IMG/VR virus record: IMGVR_UViG_3300021085_000019
Span: 1 to 64,000 of that record
Source: a virus
Direction: 5' to 3' (one strand)
DNA length: 64,000 nucleotides
Shown here piece by piece: positions 44,527-53,861 of the stretch (position 1 is its first letter; every line of letters begins with the position of its first letter). A program made the position numbers and the translations under genes. A model generated the notes under the pieces. That model was not told the DNA's origin. It did not search any database and saw nothing but the letters and a program-made list of their open reading frames with translations.

Positions 44527-47500
44527 ATGTCAGATGATTTACTGATAACCCCGGGATCGAGAAAGCAAGAGTTTAAAGATTCTTCTGGGAACGTCGACGC
44601 AAAAATTGAAACGGATTCCAGTGGCAATCTTAAGATTACTAATGCTGGTGGTGATATCGAAATTGGAGATACTTCTTCTGATGTATATATTGGTGACGGT
44701 ACTAACAGCGTCGATATTGTTTTTGAACAAGATGGTAGCATTCGTGGTACATCCGGAGTAACGCTTACATTAGGCGCAAGCGGAAGTAATGTGTCATTAG
44801 CGTCAGATCTTTCTTTAGGAGGCAATGATTTAACTAATGTAGGTGATCTTACGATTACTGGAAATTTAAATATTACTGGCGATATCAATAGCACATCTGT
44901 TACTAACTTAGACGTTACTGATAAAACAATTACAGTTGGTATTGGCCAAAATGAAGCTTCTTCCGGTGGTTCTGGATTAATTGTTGATGGTTCAGGCGCC
45001 CAAATGCTTTGGGACGAAACCGATAACAGGTTTGAATTTAATAAGAATGTGTACACAACGGGACAATGGCAAGGAAACGGTTCAGGCCTAAATACTTTAA
45101 ATGCTTCTAATATTTCAAGTGGCACTATTGCAGATGCTCGATTATCGTCAAAAGTATTTTTAGCAAATAATAGTGGAACTATTTCCGGAGGTAATTCGCA
45201 GGACTTTAATGATAAAACTGCTAATGGTATTCATTATATTTCAAATTGGCCTAATGGCACAGGAACAGCTAACGGGCCTGCGCACGAGGGTAATGCATAT
45301 GGTTGGGGTATGCTTCGTGTAACTCAATTTATAGACAATGATAATTATGTAGTGCAAGAATATATACCACACAATGATGATGGTGCTTTTATTCGTGTAA
45401 AATGGAATGGCACATGGGGTCCCTGGAGACAAAGCTGGACAAGTAGAAGCGATGGTGCAAGCTCAGGCCTTGATGCGGATAAGTTAGATGGCCAACAAGG
45501 TTCTTATTATGCAGCTGCCTCTAGTATTCCTTCTGTAGGCAATGGCACTCTTACTATTTCTACGTCAGGAATTGTTTCTGGCGGAGGGACTTTTACAGCA
45601 AACCAAAGTGGTAATACTTCTATTACAATATCTGCATCAGAATCTGATACTTTGGATTCTGTAACTGATAGGGGAAACACTACACCAAACCAAATTGGTG
45701 TTGGCGGAGCATCTATACATACAACGGGCGGAACTCACGGACTTATAACAAATTCATTCTCAATACATTCAAGTGGAAGTGACTTAATGTATATGAGACC
45801 TTCTGCATTGAGATCGGATAACGGATTTTTTCAATGGCAAACATATAATGGTAATAATGATGGTGATATTGAACTACAGCCTTATGGTGGTTCTGTAACA
45901 ATATCAACTGGAAGTTCTGCAACTTCTTCAGATAGAGGTCTTAGATTTCAAACAGGTTCAGGAAGTTACTCAGACGGCCGTTGGCAACATAGATTTAGAA
46001 AGCAAGATAAAGGTGGAGGAATACCACTTTATATTGATGTTTCAACTTCTACCGCAAACTCATTTAGTGAACTAGCTAGATTTGGTACGTACACTGGTAA
46101 CAGCTATGAGTTTGAGGTTACAGGTGATATAAACGCAACTGGTGCTGTATATTCTAATGGTAACCAGGTACTTACATCACACCAATCTTTATCGGCGTAT
46201 GCTCCAATAGCCAGCCCAACATTTACTGGCGACTTAAATATGCCAAACAAATTAAGGCATGACGGTGATACAAATACATACATACAGTTCCATGCAGCAG
46301 ACCAATTTAGAGTTGTGGCCGGTGGTAATGAGGTAACAGAATGGCGTTCAGATAGAATGCAGATGAATGGAGTAAAGCCAATCACGTGGACCAGTTGGGA
46401 TAGCTTTAGTGAAACTGCTCTAAGTGGGTTCGGATATTCAGCACTTAACGCTCCAATACATTTGCCGGCGTTCAACGTACAAACTACAAACAAATATTTA
46501 CCTTTCCTACAGGGTTCTGCTCAACATGGTTCAGGTTATAGAACAAGTTATGTGTTTGGAGCCTATAAGAGGGCTGTACTTGATAACGGAACAACTCAGG
46601 CTAGCTGGGGAGATGGCCATACCGGCTTCTTTATGGCTATGGGTGAGAATGATAGTAACCCTACTGAAGAATTTAGATTTTCTTGGGATGGAAAAATATG
46701 GCATAGCGGAAGCGGAAATGGTAGTACTTATATTGATTATGGTGATGCAAACGTATTAAAGTTTGTCGCGAATAGCACACAAAGAATGGAAATTACTGCT
46801 GGAGGAACTACTTTTAATGATAATGTGAACATTGGAGATAATCAATTAGAAAATATTGGTGATGCTTACTTTAATGAATATCTGTATCATACTGATGATA
46901 CAGACACTTATATTAGATTTGAAGCAAACTCAATGAAATTTAGAACAGGCGGTGGCGATAGATTACAAGTTACGAATGATACGGTAACCGTAAATGCAAA
47001 CCTAGACTTAAAAGCAGAAGATGGTACAGGTACAAACTCTATTCACTTACCAAGAGGCGGGCAAATTACATTCTATGGAGATGGTAGCGCTCATCATAGT
47101 ATAGCATCTACAAGCAGTTCCAATAGCGTTACGGATGACATGAGAATTTCATCTTATGGAGCTGTATACGTTGACTTAGATTCAAACAATAATAATACTT
47201 CTACTGCAAATTTTGTTATTGCAAGACATAACACTGCAGCGGCCCTATTTGAAGTGGATGGAGAGACAGGAGCAGGAAAGGGTATGCATTCATATCCAAA
47301 TGCTGGAGCTGATGGTGTATCTCTTATGTCATACGCTCAGGGAACTGTACCGATCAATCAAGGCGTTGTACAGATCAGGTCAGTTGGTAAAACTGGTTGG
47401 GCCAATGGCGACGAGATGGGTAGTATCGATTGGTATAACAGCGATGGTTCAGGAGTAGGCGCAAGAAATCTTGCAAGAATTGTTGCAGTAAATACCCAAG

Positions 47501-49059
47501 GTAATGGTTCAAGTACCACTACTTTTAATGGTGAACTTCATTTTTACACCTCAGATTACAATACTGCTCAGTTAAATGCTCCTGCAATGAAGATTACCGC
47601 GAGTAATAAAGTAGTTATTGGAGATGGTACTGATGCAGGTTCTTGTCTACAGTTAAGACCTGCTGATGATGGCGCTGCTGATGATATACAGTTCTACAAT
47701 GGCTCTACACGAGTGGGAGAAATCGGAACACAAGACACTAGTTGGTTAAGAATAAACCAAACAACAAGCAAAAACATTTACACTCCTCGTTATATTCGAG
47801 CTGATAGTGGATTGTTTGTGATGGAATCAAGTGTAAACTACGGAATTAATAATTCTGGTAATGGAGTATTTAGGACTGCAGCTACTGTTGGAGCTACTGA
47901 TATAACTGGTACGGTAACAGTTCATGACGGGTCCGGCGAATTATGTTCATTGAATGGTTGGGGATTATCAATGGCCCGCGGTGCTTCATATATTAGGCCG
48001 AGCACGGATAATGATAAAATACTTTATATTGGAGGTGCAGATGCATCTTTAGATTGGAACTCAATATATTTTAGAAGTGGAAATGGTCTTTATATGACCG
48101 GCGTTCGTTTCATGGATAGCGGTAGAAATATAGAAAACGTACCTCTGGCAACTATAGGTAAATTGCATGTTGGCGGTGATACAACTAATTACCCAGATGG
48201 TAACGATCCCGACATTTCTACTGATGACATGTTTGCCACAGTAAAAGTAGTTTCTCCAAAGTTTGTATGGCTTAACGATGCATCTGGCGATGATAACTAT
48301 GTTATCTGTGACGATGGCAATACTGCGTATTCAGTCGACGGTAACAGCGCAGGGGCTTGGTGGAAATGGTATGGAGATAAAACCTTAAGCCACGCCGGAC
48401 ATGTCTTTGATTATTGGAAAGGTAAAGGTGCCGAATTAAGCCAGAATATAAAAATGAGTACTACCGGCGGTGAAATTCGCTTTTATATTGACACATACTC
48501 AATAAATGCATATGGCCAATCAGTATTTAGAGGCGGCAGTACTACTGATCATGATAGCAGGAATGGAATAAGATTTTATCATTCGATGGGCCCTCAAATG
48601 ACATTGTGGTATCATGCTTCTGGAACTGGCGTTGGTAATATGAAAATATTCTCTTCTAATAGTGGTGTTGGTGATTGTTTTCAATTTACTCCTACTGGTG
48701 CTTTTCATGCTAAGGGAGATATTACTGCGTTTTCGACCACAACCACTTCAGATGCTAGATTAAAGGAAAACGTAAGAGATTTAGAAGGATCATTAGATAG
48801 AACACTGAAATTAAGAGGTGTAAAGTTTGATTGGATTGATGAGAGTAAGTCAAAAGACAATTTAGGATTTATTGCTCAAGAAGTAGAAGAAGTAATACCC
48901 GAGGTTGTAAAAGACATTACAAATATCGATGGGGAAGAACACAAAGTAGTAAATTATCAAGCAGTTGTTCCAGTACTAGTAGAAGCAATAAAGGAGCAAC
49001 AAAGTCTTATAAATAGATTAGAGGAAAGACTAAAAGTACTCGAAGAGGGCGAGAAATAA
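44527..49059 (+). CDS. Tail fibre protein (1510 aa) with C-terminal Peptidase_S74 chaperone
   Basis: SGTIADARL; GLDADKLDG; W.G.WGPW knob; SDARLKENV...LRGVKFDW...GFIAQEVEEVIPEVV...VNYQAVVPVLVEAIKEQ. Confidence 0.88.
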   Translation: MSDDLLITPGSRKQEFKDSSGNVDAKIETDSSGNLKITNAGGDIEIGDTSSDVYIGDGTNSVDIVFEQDGSIRGTSGVTLTLGASGSNVSLASDLSLGGNDLTNVGDLTITGNLNITGDINSTSVTNLDVTDKTITVGIGQNEASSGGSGLIVDGSGAQMLWDETDNRFEFNKNVYTTGQWQGNGSGLNTLNASNISSGTIADARLSSKVFLANNSGTISGGNSQDFNDKTANGIHYISNWPNGTGTANGPAHEGNAYGWGMLRVTQFIDNDNYVVQEYIPHNDDGAFIRVKWNGTWGPWRQSWTSRSDGASSGLDADKLDGQQGSYYAAASSIPSVGNGTLTISTSGIVSGGGTFTANQSGNTSITISASESDTLDSVTDRGNTTPNQIGVGGASIHTTGGTHGLITNSFSIHSSGSDLMYMRPSALRSDNGFFQWQTYNGNNDGDIELQPYGGSVTISTGSSATSSDRGLRFQTGSGSYSDGRWQHRFRKQDKGGGIPLYIDVSTSTANSFSELARFGTYTGNSYEFEVTGDINATGAVYSNGNQVLTSHQSLSAYAPIASPTFTGDLNMPNKLRHDGDTNTYIQFHAADQFRVVAGGNEVTEWRSDRMQMNGVKPITWTSWDSFSETALSGFGYSALNAPIHLPAFNVQTTNKYLPFLQGSAQHGSGYRTSYVFGAYKRAVLDNGTTQASWGDGHTGFFMAMGENDSNPTEEFRFSWDGKIWHSGSGNGSTYIDYGDANVLKFVANSTQRMEITAGGTTFNDNVNIGDNQLENIGDAYFNEYLYHTDDTDTYIRFEANSMKFRTGGGDRLQVTNDTVTVNANLDLKAEDGTGTNSIHLPRGGQITFYGDGSAHHSIASTSSSNSVTDDMRISSYGAVYVDLDSNNNNTSTANFVIARHNTAAALFEVDGETGAGKGMHSYPNAGADGVSLMSYAQGTVPINQGVVQIRSVGKTGWANGDEMGSIDWYNSDGSGVGARNLARIVAVNTQGNGSSTTTFNGELHFYTSDYNTAQLNAPAMKITASNKVVIGDGTDAGSCLQLRPADDGAADDIQFYNGSTRVGEIGTQDTSWLRINQTTSKNIYTPRYIRADSGLFVMESSVNYGINNSGNGVFRTAATVGATDITGTVTVHDGSGELCSLNGWGLSMARGASYIRPSTDNDKILYIGGADASLDWNSIYFRSGNGLYMTGVRFMDSGRNIENVPLATIGKLHVGGDTTNYPDGNDPDISTDDMFATVKVVSPKFVWLNDASGDDNYVICDDGNTAYSVDGNSAGAWWKWYGDKTLSHAGHVFDYWKGKGAELSQNIKMSTTGGEIRFYIDTYSINAYGQSVFRGGSTTDHDSRNGIRFYHSMGPQMTLWYHASGTGVGNMKIFSSNSGVGDCFQFTPTGAFHAKGDITAFSTTTTSDARLKENVRDLEGSLDRTLKLRGVKFDWIDESKSKDNLGFIAQEVEEVIPEVVKDITNIDGEEHKVVNYQAVVPVLVEAIKEQQSLINRLEERLKVLEEGEK
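49008..49015 (+). promoter_or_regulatory. T4-type late promoter (in the 3' end of the 1510-aa gene)
   Basis: Exact TATAAATA 45 nt before ATG 49061. Confidence 0.6.
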
Positions 49060-49060
49060 C

Positions 49061-49330
49061 ATGGCAATTACAAAAACAAGGAAAATTGAGAATATAAAGG
49101 TATTACCAGCTGAGGATCAATCTTTAGAGGCTGATGTATCAACTAATAGAGCTAATCCTACAGTCACGGTTGTGTATATAAATACATGGGACGATCCTAA
49201 CGACGGCGACTTACCTGTAGTATCACCGTCCTCTCATGTAATATTTAGATATCAAGACGACGGAACAAGCACTGACTATTCGACGCACGATGAGTTGGTT
49301 AGATCAATATGCTTGGCAACTTGGAGTTAA
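49061..49330 (+). CDS. Small fibre-associated protein (possible fibre assembly or tip partner)
   Basis: Directly after an S74 fibre; MAITKT..IE.I.V ... D.S..D..V..IC...W pattern of small ORFs that follow marine phage fibres. Confidence 0.6.
   Translation: MAITKTRKIENIKVLPAEDQSLEADVSTNRANPTVTVVYINTWDDPNDGDLPVVSPSSHVIFRYQDDGTSTDYSTHDELVRSICLATWS
49177..49184 (+). promoter_or_regulatory. T4-type late promoter (probably for the gp13-gp17 operon)
   Basis: Exact TATAAATA about 150 nt upstream of gp13. Confidence 0.5.
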
Positions 49331-49333
49331 AAA

Positions 49334-50080
49334 ATGGCAAAACCAAATAGCAGAACAACATTAATAGACTATTGCTTTAGAGCCTTAGGTGCACCTGTAA
49401 TTGAAATTAATGTTGACGATGATCAAGTCGATGATAGGATTGATGAAGCGTTACAATTCTACCAACATTATCATGCAGATGCTATTGAAAAGGTGTTTCT
49501 AAAGCATCAGGTAACTGCAGATGATATCACTAATGGATACTTAACAGTTCCAGATTTAGTTACAGATGTTGTTCAAATATTCCCTCTAAGAGAAAGCGGC
49601 GGCCATAATATGTTTGATATTCAATATCAGATGCATTTAAATGATATGTACTCTCTTGGTTATATGGGATCTCTCGTAGAATATGAGATGGCACAACAAT
49701 GGCTATCTATGTTGGATCTTATTATGGATTCAGACACTAAGCATCTTAGCTTTGATAGACATAAAAACCAATTACGAATTGACATGGATTGGTCTAAAGA
49801 AGTAGAAGTTGATGAGTATATAATTATTGAGTGTTATAGAATTTTAGATCCAACCACATACACTGATGTTTATAACGATTATTTTTTAAAACGATATGCT
49901 ACTGCTTTAATAAAAATGCAATGGGGAATTAACCTATCGAAGTTTGAAGGTATGGTAATGCCTGGTGGTGTAACATTTAACGGACGTCAAATACTAGAAG
50001 ATGCTAAAGAAGAAATCGAAAAATTAAATGAAGAAGTCAGACTAAATTGGGAACAACCAGTCGACTTTTACACAGGGTAA
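49334..50080 (+). CDS. gp13: Neck protein gp13
   Basis: LIDYCFRALGAPVIEINVDDDQVDDRIDEALQ; WGINLSKFEG..MPGGVTFNG. Confidence 0.95.
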   Translation: MAKPNSRTTLIDYCFRALGAPVIEINVDDDQVDDRIDEALQFYQHYHADAIEKVFLKHQVTADDITNGYLTVPDLVTDVVQIFPLRESGGHNMFDIQYQMHLNDMYSLGYMGSLVEYEMAQQWLSMLDLIMDSDTKHLSFDRHKNQLRIDMDWSKEVEVDEYIIIECYRILDPTTYTDVYNDYFLKRYATALIKMQWGINLSKFEGMVMPGGVTFNGRQILEDAKEEIEKLNEEVRLNWEQPVDFYTG

Positions 50081-50084
50081 TTAA

Positions 50085-51014
50085 ATGCCAAGAAATGTAT
50101 ATTTCTCTCAGGCTGTGGCCTCTGAGCAAACAGTTTACGAAGATCTAGTAATAGAATCTCTCAAAATATATGGACAAGATGTTTATTATATTCCAAGGGT
50201 TTTAGTTAATAAAGATAATATCTTAGGAGAGGATCATGCTTCTAAGTTTGATGATGCGTATCTGATTGAAGCTTATATCGAAAATCCAGATGGTTTTGAC
50301 GGCCAGGGCGATTTGTATCAAAAATTTGGTATAGAAATACGTGATGAGGTTACGTTTGTTATAGCCCGTAGACAGTGGACAAATTTAGTAGGTGTTTGGA
50401 ATAACGATGTAGAAACTATTAGGCCAATGGAAGGTGATTTAATATTTTTACCGATGACTAATAAGTTTTTTGAAATAAGTTTTGTTGAGCATGAACAGCC
50501 CTTTTATCAATTATCAAATTTGCCGGTGTATAAACTTAATTGTAGCTTGTTTGAATATAACGATGAGGACTTTGATACAGGCGTTGGAGCAATAGATATT
50601 ACGGAAGTTAAAAATTCATATCAGGTTCCAATGACTCTTACTGTTGAAAACAATGAGCATTTTGAAATAGGTGAAATTGTAACTCAAGTTATTAGTACTG
50701 ATCCTGCTATAACTGTATACGGAACAGTTCAAACAATAACAAAGGTTTCAAATCTTTTATCAGAAATATCAGTTTCAAACATAGGTGTTAATGGAAGCAC
50801 TGAGGCTAGAGACTTTTATGTATCCGACAGTGTCGGATTAACCGGAAGTATACACGGATATATTGCGTATCCTACTGCGGTCGGTAATGTAGCAGACGAT
50901 ACTGCATTTGCTAGTGATGGACATGCGGAAAATTATGCGTTTGAAATAGAAGCCGATGGCTTTGTAGATTTTACTGAAACTAATCCCTTTGGCGATATAT
51001 CGGAGACTTATTAA
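50085..51014 (+). CDS. gp14: Neck protein gp14
   Basis: EQ..YEDLVIESLKIYGQDVYYIPR; RPMEGDLIFLP; FVEHEQPFYQL; DFTETNPFG. Confidence 0.95.
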   Translation: MPRNVYFSQAVASEQTVYEDLVIESLKIYGQDVYYIPRVLVNKDNILGEDHASKFDDAYLIEAYIENPDGFDGQGDLYQKFGIEIRDEVTFVIARRQWTNLVGVWNNDVETIRPMEGDLIFLPMTNKFFEISFVEHEQPFYQLSNLPVYKLNCSLFEYNDEDFDTGVGAIDITEVKNSYQVPMTLTVENNEHFEIGEIVTQVISTDPAITVYGTVQTITKVSNLLSEISVSNIGVNGSTEARDFYVSDSVGLTGSIHGYIAYPTAVGNVADDTAFASDGHAENYAFEIEADGFVDFTETNPFGDISETY

Positions 51015-51760
51015 TGTTTGGAAGTCATTTTTATCACGCAACTACTAGAAAGGCAGTAGCTTTGTTTGGAACGCTATTTAATAATATCTCTGTAATTAGA
51101 AAGGATGGAAATGGCAATGTGTTAAATCAAATTAAAGTTCCTCTTGCATATGGACCTAAGCAAAAGTTTTTGGCAAGGCTAGATCAGTCTACAAACACTG
51201 ATGCTTCTATGGCGATTAAACTTCCTAGAATGGCCTTTGAAATAACATCAATGGACATTGATTCGACACAGAAGTTAGCTAAGAGAAATCAGATAGTAGA
51301 AGCGCATGCCACGGATTCGAATAAAAAGAAGACAATTAAACAAGCGGTGGCTTATAACATTAATATGTCGTTATTTGCTATGGCAAAAAATCAAGATGAC
51401 GGGTTGCAAATTATGGAGCAAATACTGCCGTACTTTCAACCCGAATATACAGTAACGATTACTCCAGTTAATGGATTTACATACAAGCAAGATGTTCCTA
51501 TTATATTGAATAACGTAACAGTTCAAGATGATTATGAGGGTGATTTCTTAACTAGAAGAGCTTTAATATATCAGTTTGATTTTGTTATGAAGATGAAGTA
51601 TTTCGGGCCCACTGCCGATCAAGGTGTTATAAAAGAAATTAATATTGATTTTAACGCTGATCAAGGTGGATCTAATGTTTTAGAAAATATGGATTTTACA
51701 ATATCTCCAACAACTGCTGATGAGGACGATAACTATACAGTTAATGTAAGTATAACATAG
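51014..51760 (+). CDS. gp15: Tail sheath stabiliser/terminator gp15
   Basis: FYHATTRKAVALFGTLFNNI; KVPLAYGPKQKFLARL; LPRMAFE; QIMEQILPYFQP. Confidence 0.95.
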   Translation: MFGSHFYHATTRKAVALFGTLFNNISVIRKDGNGNVLNQIKVPLAYGPKQKFLARLDQSTNTDASMAIKLPRMAFEITSMDIDSTQKLAKRNQIVEAHATDSNKKKTIKQAVAYNINMSLFAMAKNQDDGLQIMEQILPYFQPEYTVTITPVNGFTYKQDVPIILNNVTVQDDYEGDFLTRRALIYQFDFVMKMKYFGPTADQGVIKEINIDFNADQGGSNVLENMDFTISPTTADEDDNYTVNVSIT

Positions 51761-51767
51761 GTATATT

Positions 51768-52199
51768 ATGGATAAATTAGAAAAAATGCAGGCAAGCCTG
51801 AATAAGAACTTGCCTGAGAAAAAAGTCAAAACTGCTGAGCTCACAAAGACCCAAAAAGAGGTCAAAGATGATTATGAATTTTCTAGGAAAACATATAAGG
51901 ATCTCATTGAAACTGGAGTAAGATCTCTTGATGTATTAGCAGAACTTGCAAGGGAATCAGAGCATCCAAGAGCATTTGAAGTTTTATCTAAGGCTATAAA
52001 GGATATCGGTGATGTGACCGATAAACTTATGGACCTGCAGAAAAGTAATCGCGATTTAAACGATGAAAATAAGGGTAAGAAAGAAGTAACTAATAACAAT
52101 TTATTTGTTGGTAGTACAACAGATCTACAAAGGTTGTTTGCAAAGCACGATAAAGAAAATAAAGAAAAGAAGATTATAGATGCCACGCCCGAAGAATGA
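51768..52199 (+). CDS. gp16: Terminase small subunit gp16
   Basis: DDYEFSRKTY; ESEHPRAFEV; NNNLFVGSTTDLQR. Confidence 0.95.
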   Translation: MDKLEKMQASLNKNLPEKKVKTAELTKTQKEVKDDYEFSRKTYKDLIETGVRSLDVLAELARESEHPRAFEVLSKAIKDIGDVTDKLMDLQKSNRDLNDENKGKKEVTNNNLFVGSTTDLQRLFAKHDKENKEKKIIDATPEE

Positions 52200-53778
52200 A
52201 CATGAAGGTTATCTAGGAAATCCTAATGTAAAAAAGGATGGAGTAGAAAGCCAATTTAGCGAAGAACAAATAAAGGAGTACCGTCAGTGTATGATGGATC
52301 CTGCGTATTTTGCTATTAACTATCTAAAAGTTATTTCATTGGATGATGGTCTTGTTTCTTTTGATTTATATCCATATCAAAAAAACATGTTTAAACATTT
52401 TAACGATAATAGATTTAGTATAGTTTTAGCGTGTAGGCAGTCTGGTAAATCAATTTCAGCCGTTGCATATCTTCTATGGTATGCTTGTTTTCATCCAGAA
52501 AAAACTATTGCGATATTAGCAAACAAAGGATCTACTGCAAGGGAGATGCTTGCTCGCATAACGTTGATGTTAGAAAACTTACCATTTTTTCTACAGCCTG
52601 GATGTAAAGCATTAAATAAAGGATCAATTGAGTTTAGCAATAACTCTAAAATAATCGCATCGGCTACTTCTGGTAGTTCTATTCGTGGCTTATCTATTAA
52701 CCTATTGTTCTTAGACGAATTTGCGTTTGTAGAAAATGATGCGCAGTTTTACACATCGACGTACCCTGTTGTATCTTCAGGTAAGGATACTAAAGTTATC
52801 ATTACTTCTACTGCTAATGGAATTGGTAATGTATTTCACAGGATATGGGAAGGTGCAACAACATATACAAATGAGTATAAAGCTTTTAGGGTTGATTGGT
52901 GGGATGTTCCTGGAAGAGATGATGAATGGAAAAGGCAGACAATTGCAAACACTTCGGAATTGCAGTTTGACCAAGAGTTTGGAAATAACTTCCACGGAAG
53001 GGGAAACACGTTAATTGATGCAAGTGATCTACTTGCTCAGAAATCCTTGCGGCCTATGACGTGGAATGAAAATTTATACATATACGAAAAATGTAAAGAA
53101 GATCATCAGTACGTAATGACGGTTGACGTATCAAAAGGCCGTGGTCAGGATTATAGTACCTTTACTGTAATAGATACTTCATCAAATCCGTTTAAACAGG
53201 TATGTGTGTTTAGGGACAACAATATATCTCCTATGCTGTTACCTGATATGTGTTATAAATACGCTAAACTATATAACGATGCATACATTATCGTAGAATC
53301 AAATGATCAAGGGGCTATTGTATGTAATGGGTTATATTATGATTTAGAATATGAAAATATGTTTGTAGAATCGCAGGTTAAGGCGAATGCGATTGGTGCA
53401 ACTATGACAAGAAGAGTTAAGAGAATAGGTTGTTCTACGTTTAAAGATTTGATAGGTCAAAAAAAGCTTCATATTGTTGATGCTAATACTATTGAAGAAA
53501 TGTGTACGTTTGTTGCAAGAGGTAACTCATTTGAAGCACAAGCTCCTAATCACGACGACCTAGTAATGAATTTAGTATTGTTTTCATGGTTTACAACAAC
53601 TGATATTTTTCAAGGTATAACAAATATTGATATGAAAAATTTATTATATAAAGAACAATTGCAGGCAATACATGATGATTTATTGCCGTTTGGTCTTATT
53701 AATGATGGTCGAAGTACCGTTTCTGATGGAAAGGGTGATGGAGAGGGTAATGTTTGGTTCGAAGTAGAGCACCTTTAA
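52180..53778 (+). CDS. gp17: Terminase large subunit gp17
   Basis: YLGNPNVK; Walker A CRQSGKS; Walker B LFLDEFAFV; ITSTANG; nuclease DVSKGRGQDYS; HDDLVM. Confidence 0.97.
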   Translation: MPRPKNEHEGYLGNPNVKKDGVESQFSEEQIKEYRQCMMDPAYFAINYLKVISLDDGLVSFDLYPYQKNMFKHFNDNRFSIVLACRQSGKSISAVAYLLWYACFHPEKTIAILANKGSTAREMLARITLMLENLPFFLQPGCKALNKGSIEFSNNSKIIASATSGSSIRGLSINLLFLDEFAFVENDAQFYTSTYPVVSSGKDTKVIITSTANGIGNVFHRIWEGATTYTNEYKAFRVDWWDVPGRDDEWKRQTIANTSELQFDQEFGNNFHGRGNTLIDASDLLAQKSLRPMTWNENLYIYEKCKEDHQYVMTVDVSKGRGQDYSTFTVIDTSSNPFKQVCVFRDNNISPMLLPDMCYKYAKLYNDAYIIVESNDQGAIVCNGLYYDLEYENMFVESQVKANAIGATMTRRVKRIGCSTFKDLIGQKKLHIVDANTIEEMCTFVARGNSFEAQAPNHDDLVMNLVLFSWFTTTDIFQGITNIDMKNLLYKEQLQAIHDDLLPFGLINDGRSTVSDGKGDGEGNVWFEVEHL

Positions 53779-53789
53779 AACTTTATTTA

Positions 53790-53797
53790 TATAAATA
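53790..53797 (+). promoter_or_regulatory. T4-type late promoter (gp18), part of palindrome TATTTATATAAATA
   Basis: Exact TATAAATA; reverse-strand copy at 53784-53791. Confidence 0.8.
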
Positions 53798-53861
53798 ATA
53801 CTGATTGAATATAACCGTATTATGAAAACTTATTAATAACTCAAATTGAGAGGACAAAAAA

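Noticed and set aside
44484-45125. 213-aa minus-strand ORF, and the many other 60-160-aa antisense ORFs across the fibre genes
   Set aside because: Shadows of strongly biased + strand codons; Pro/Ser/Leu-rich, with no recognisable domain or SD/promoter support.
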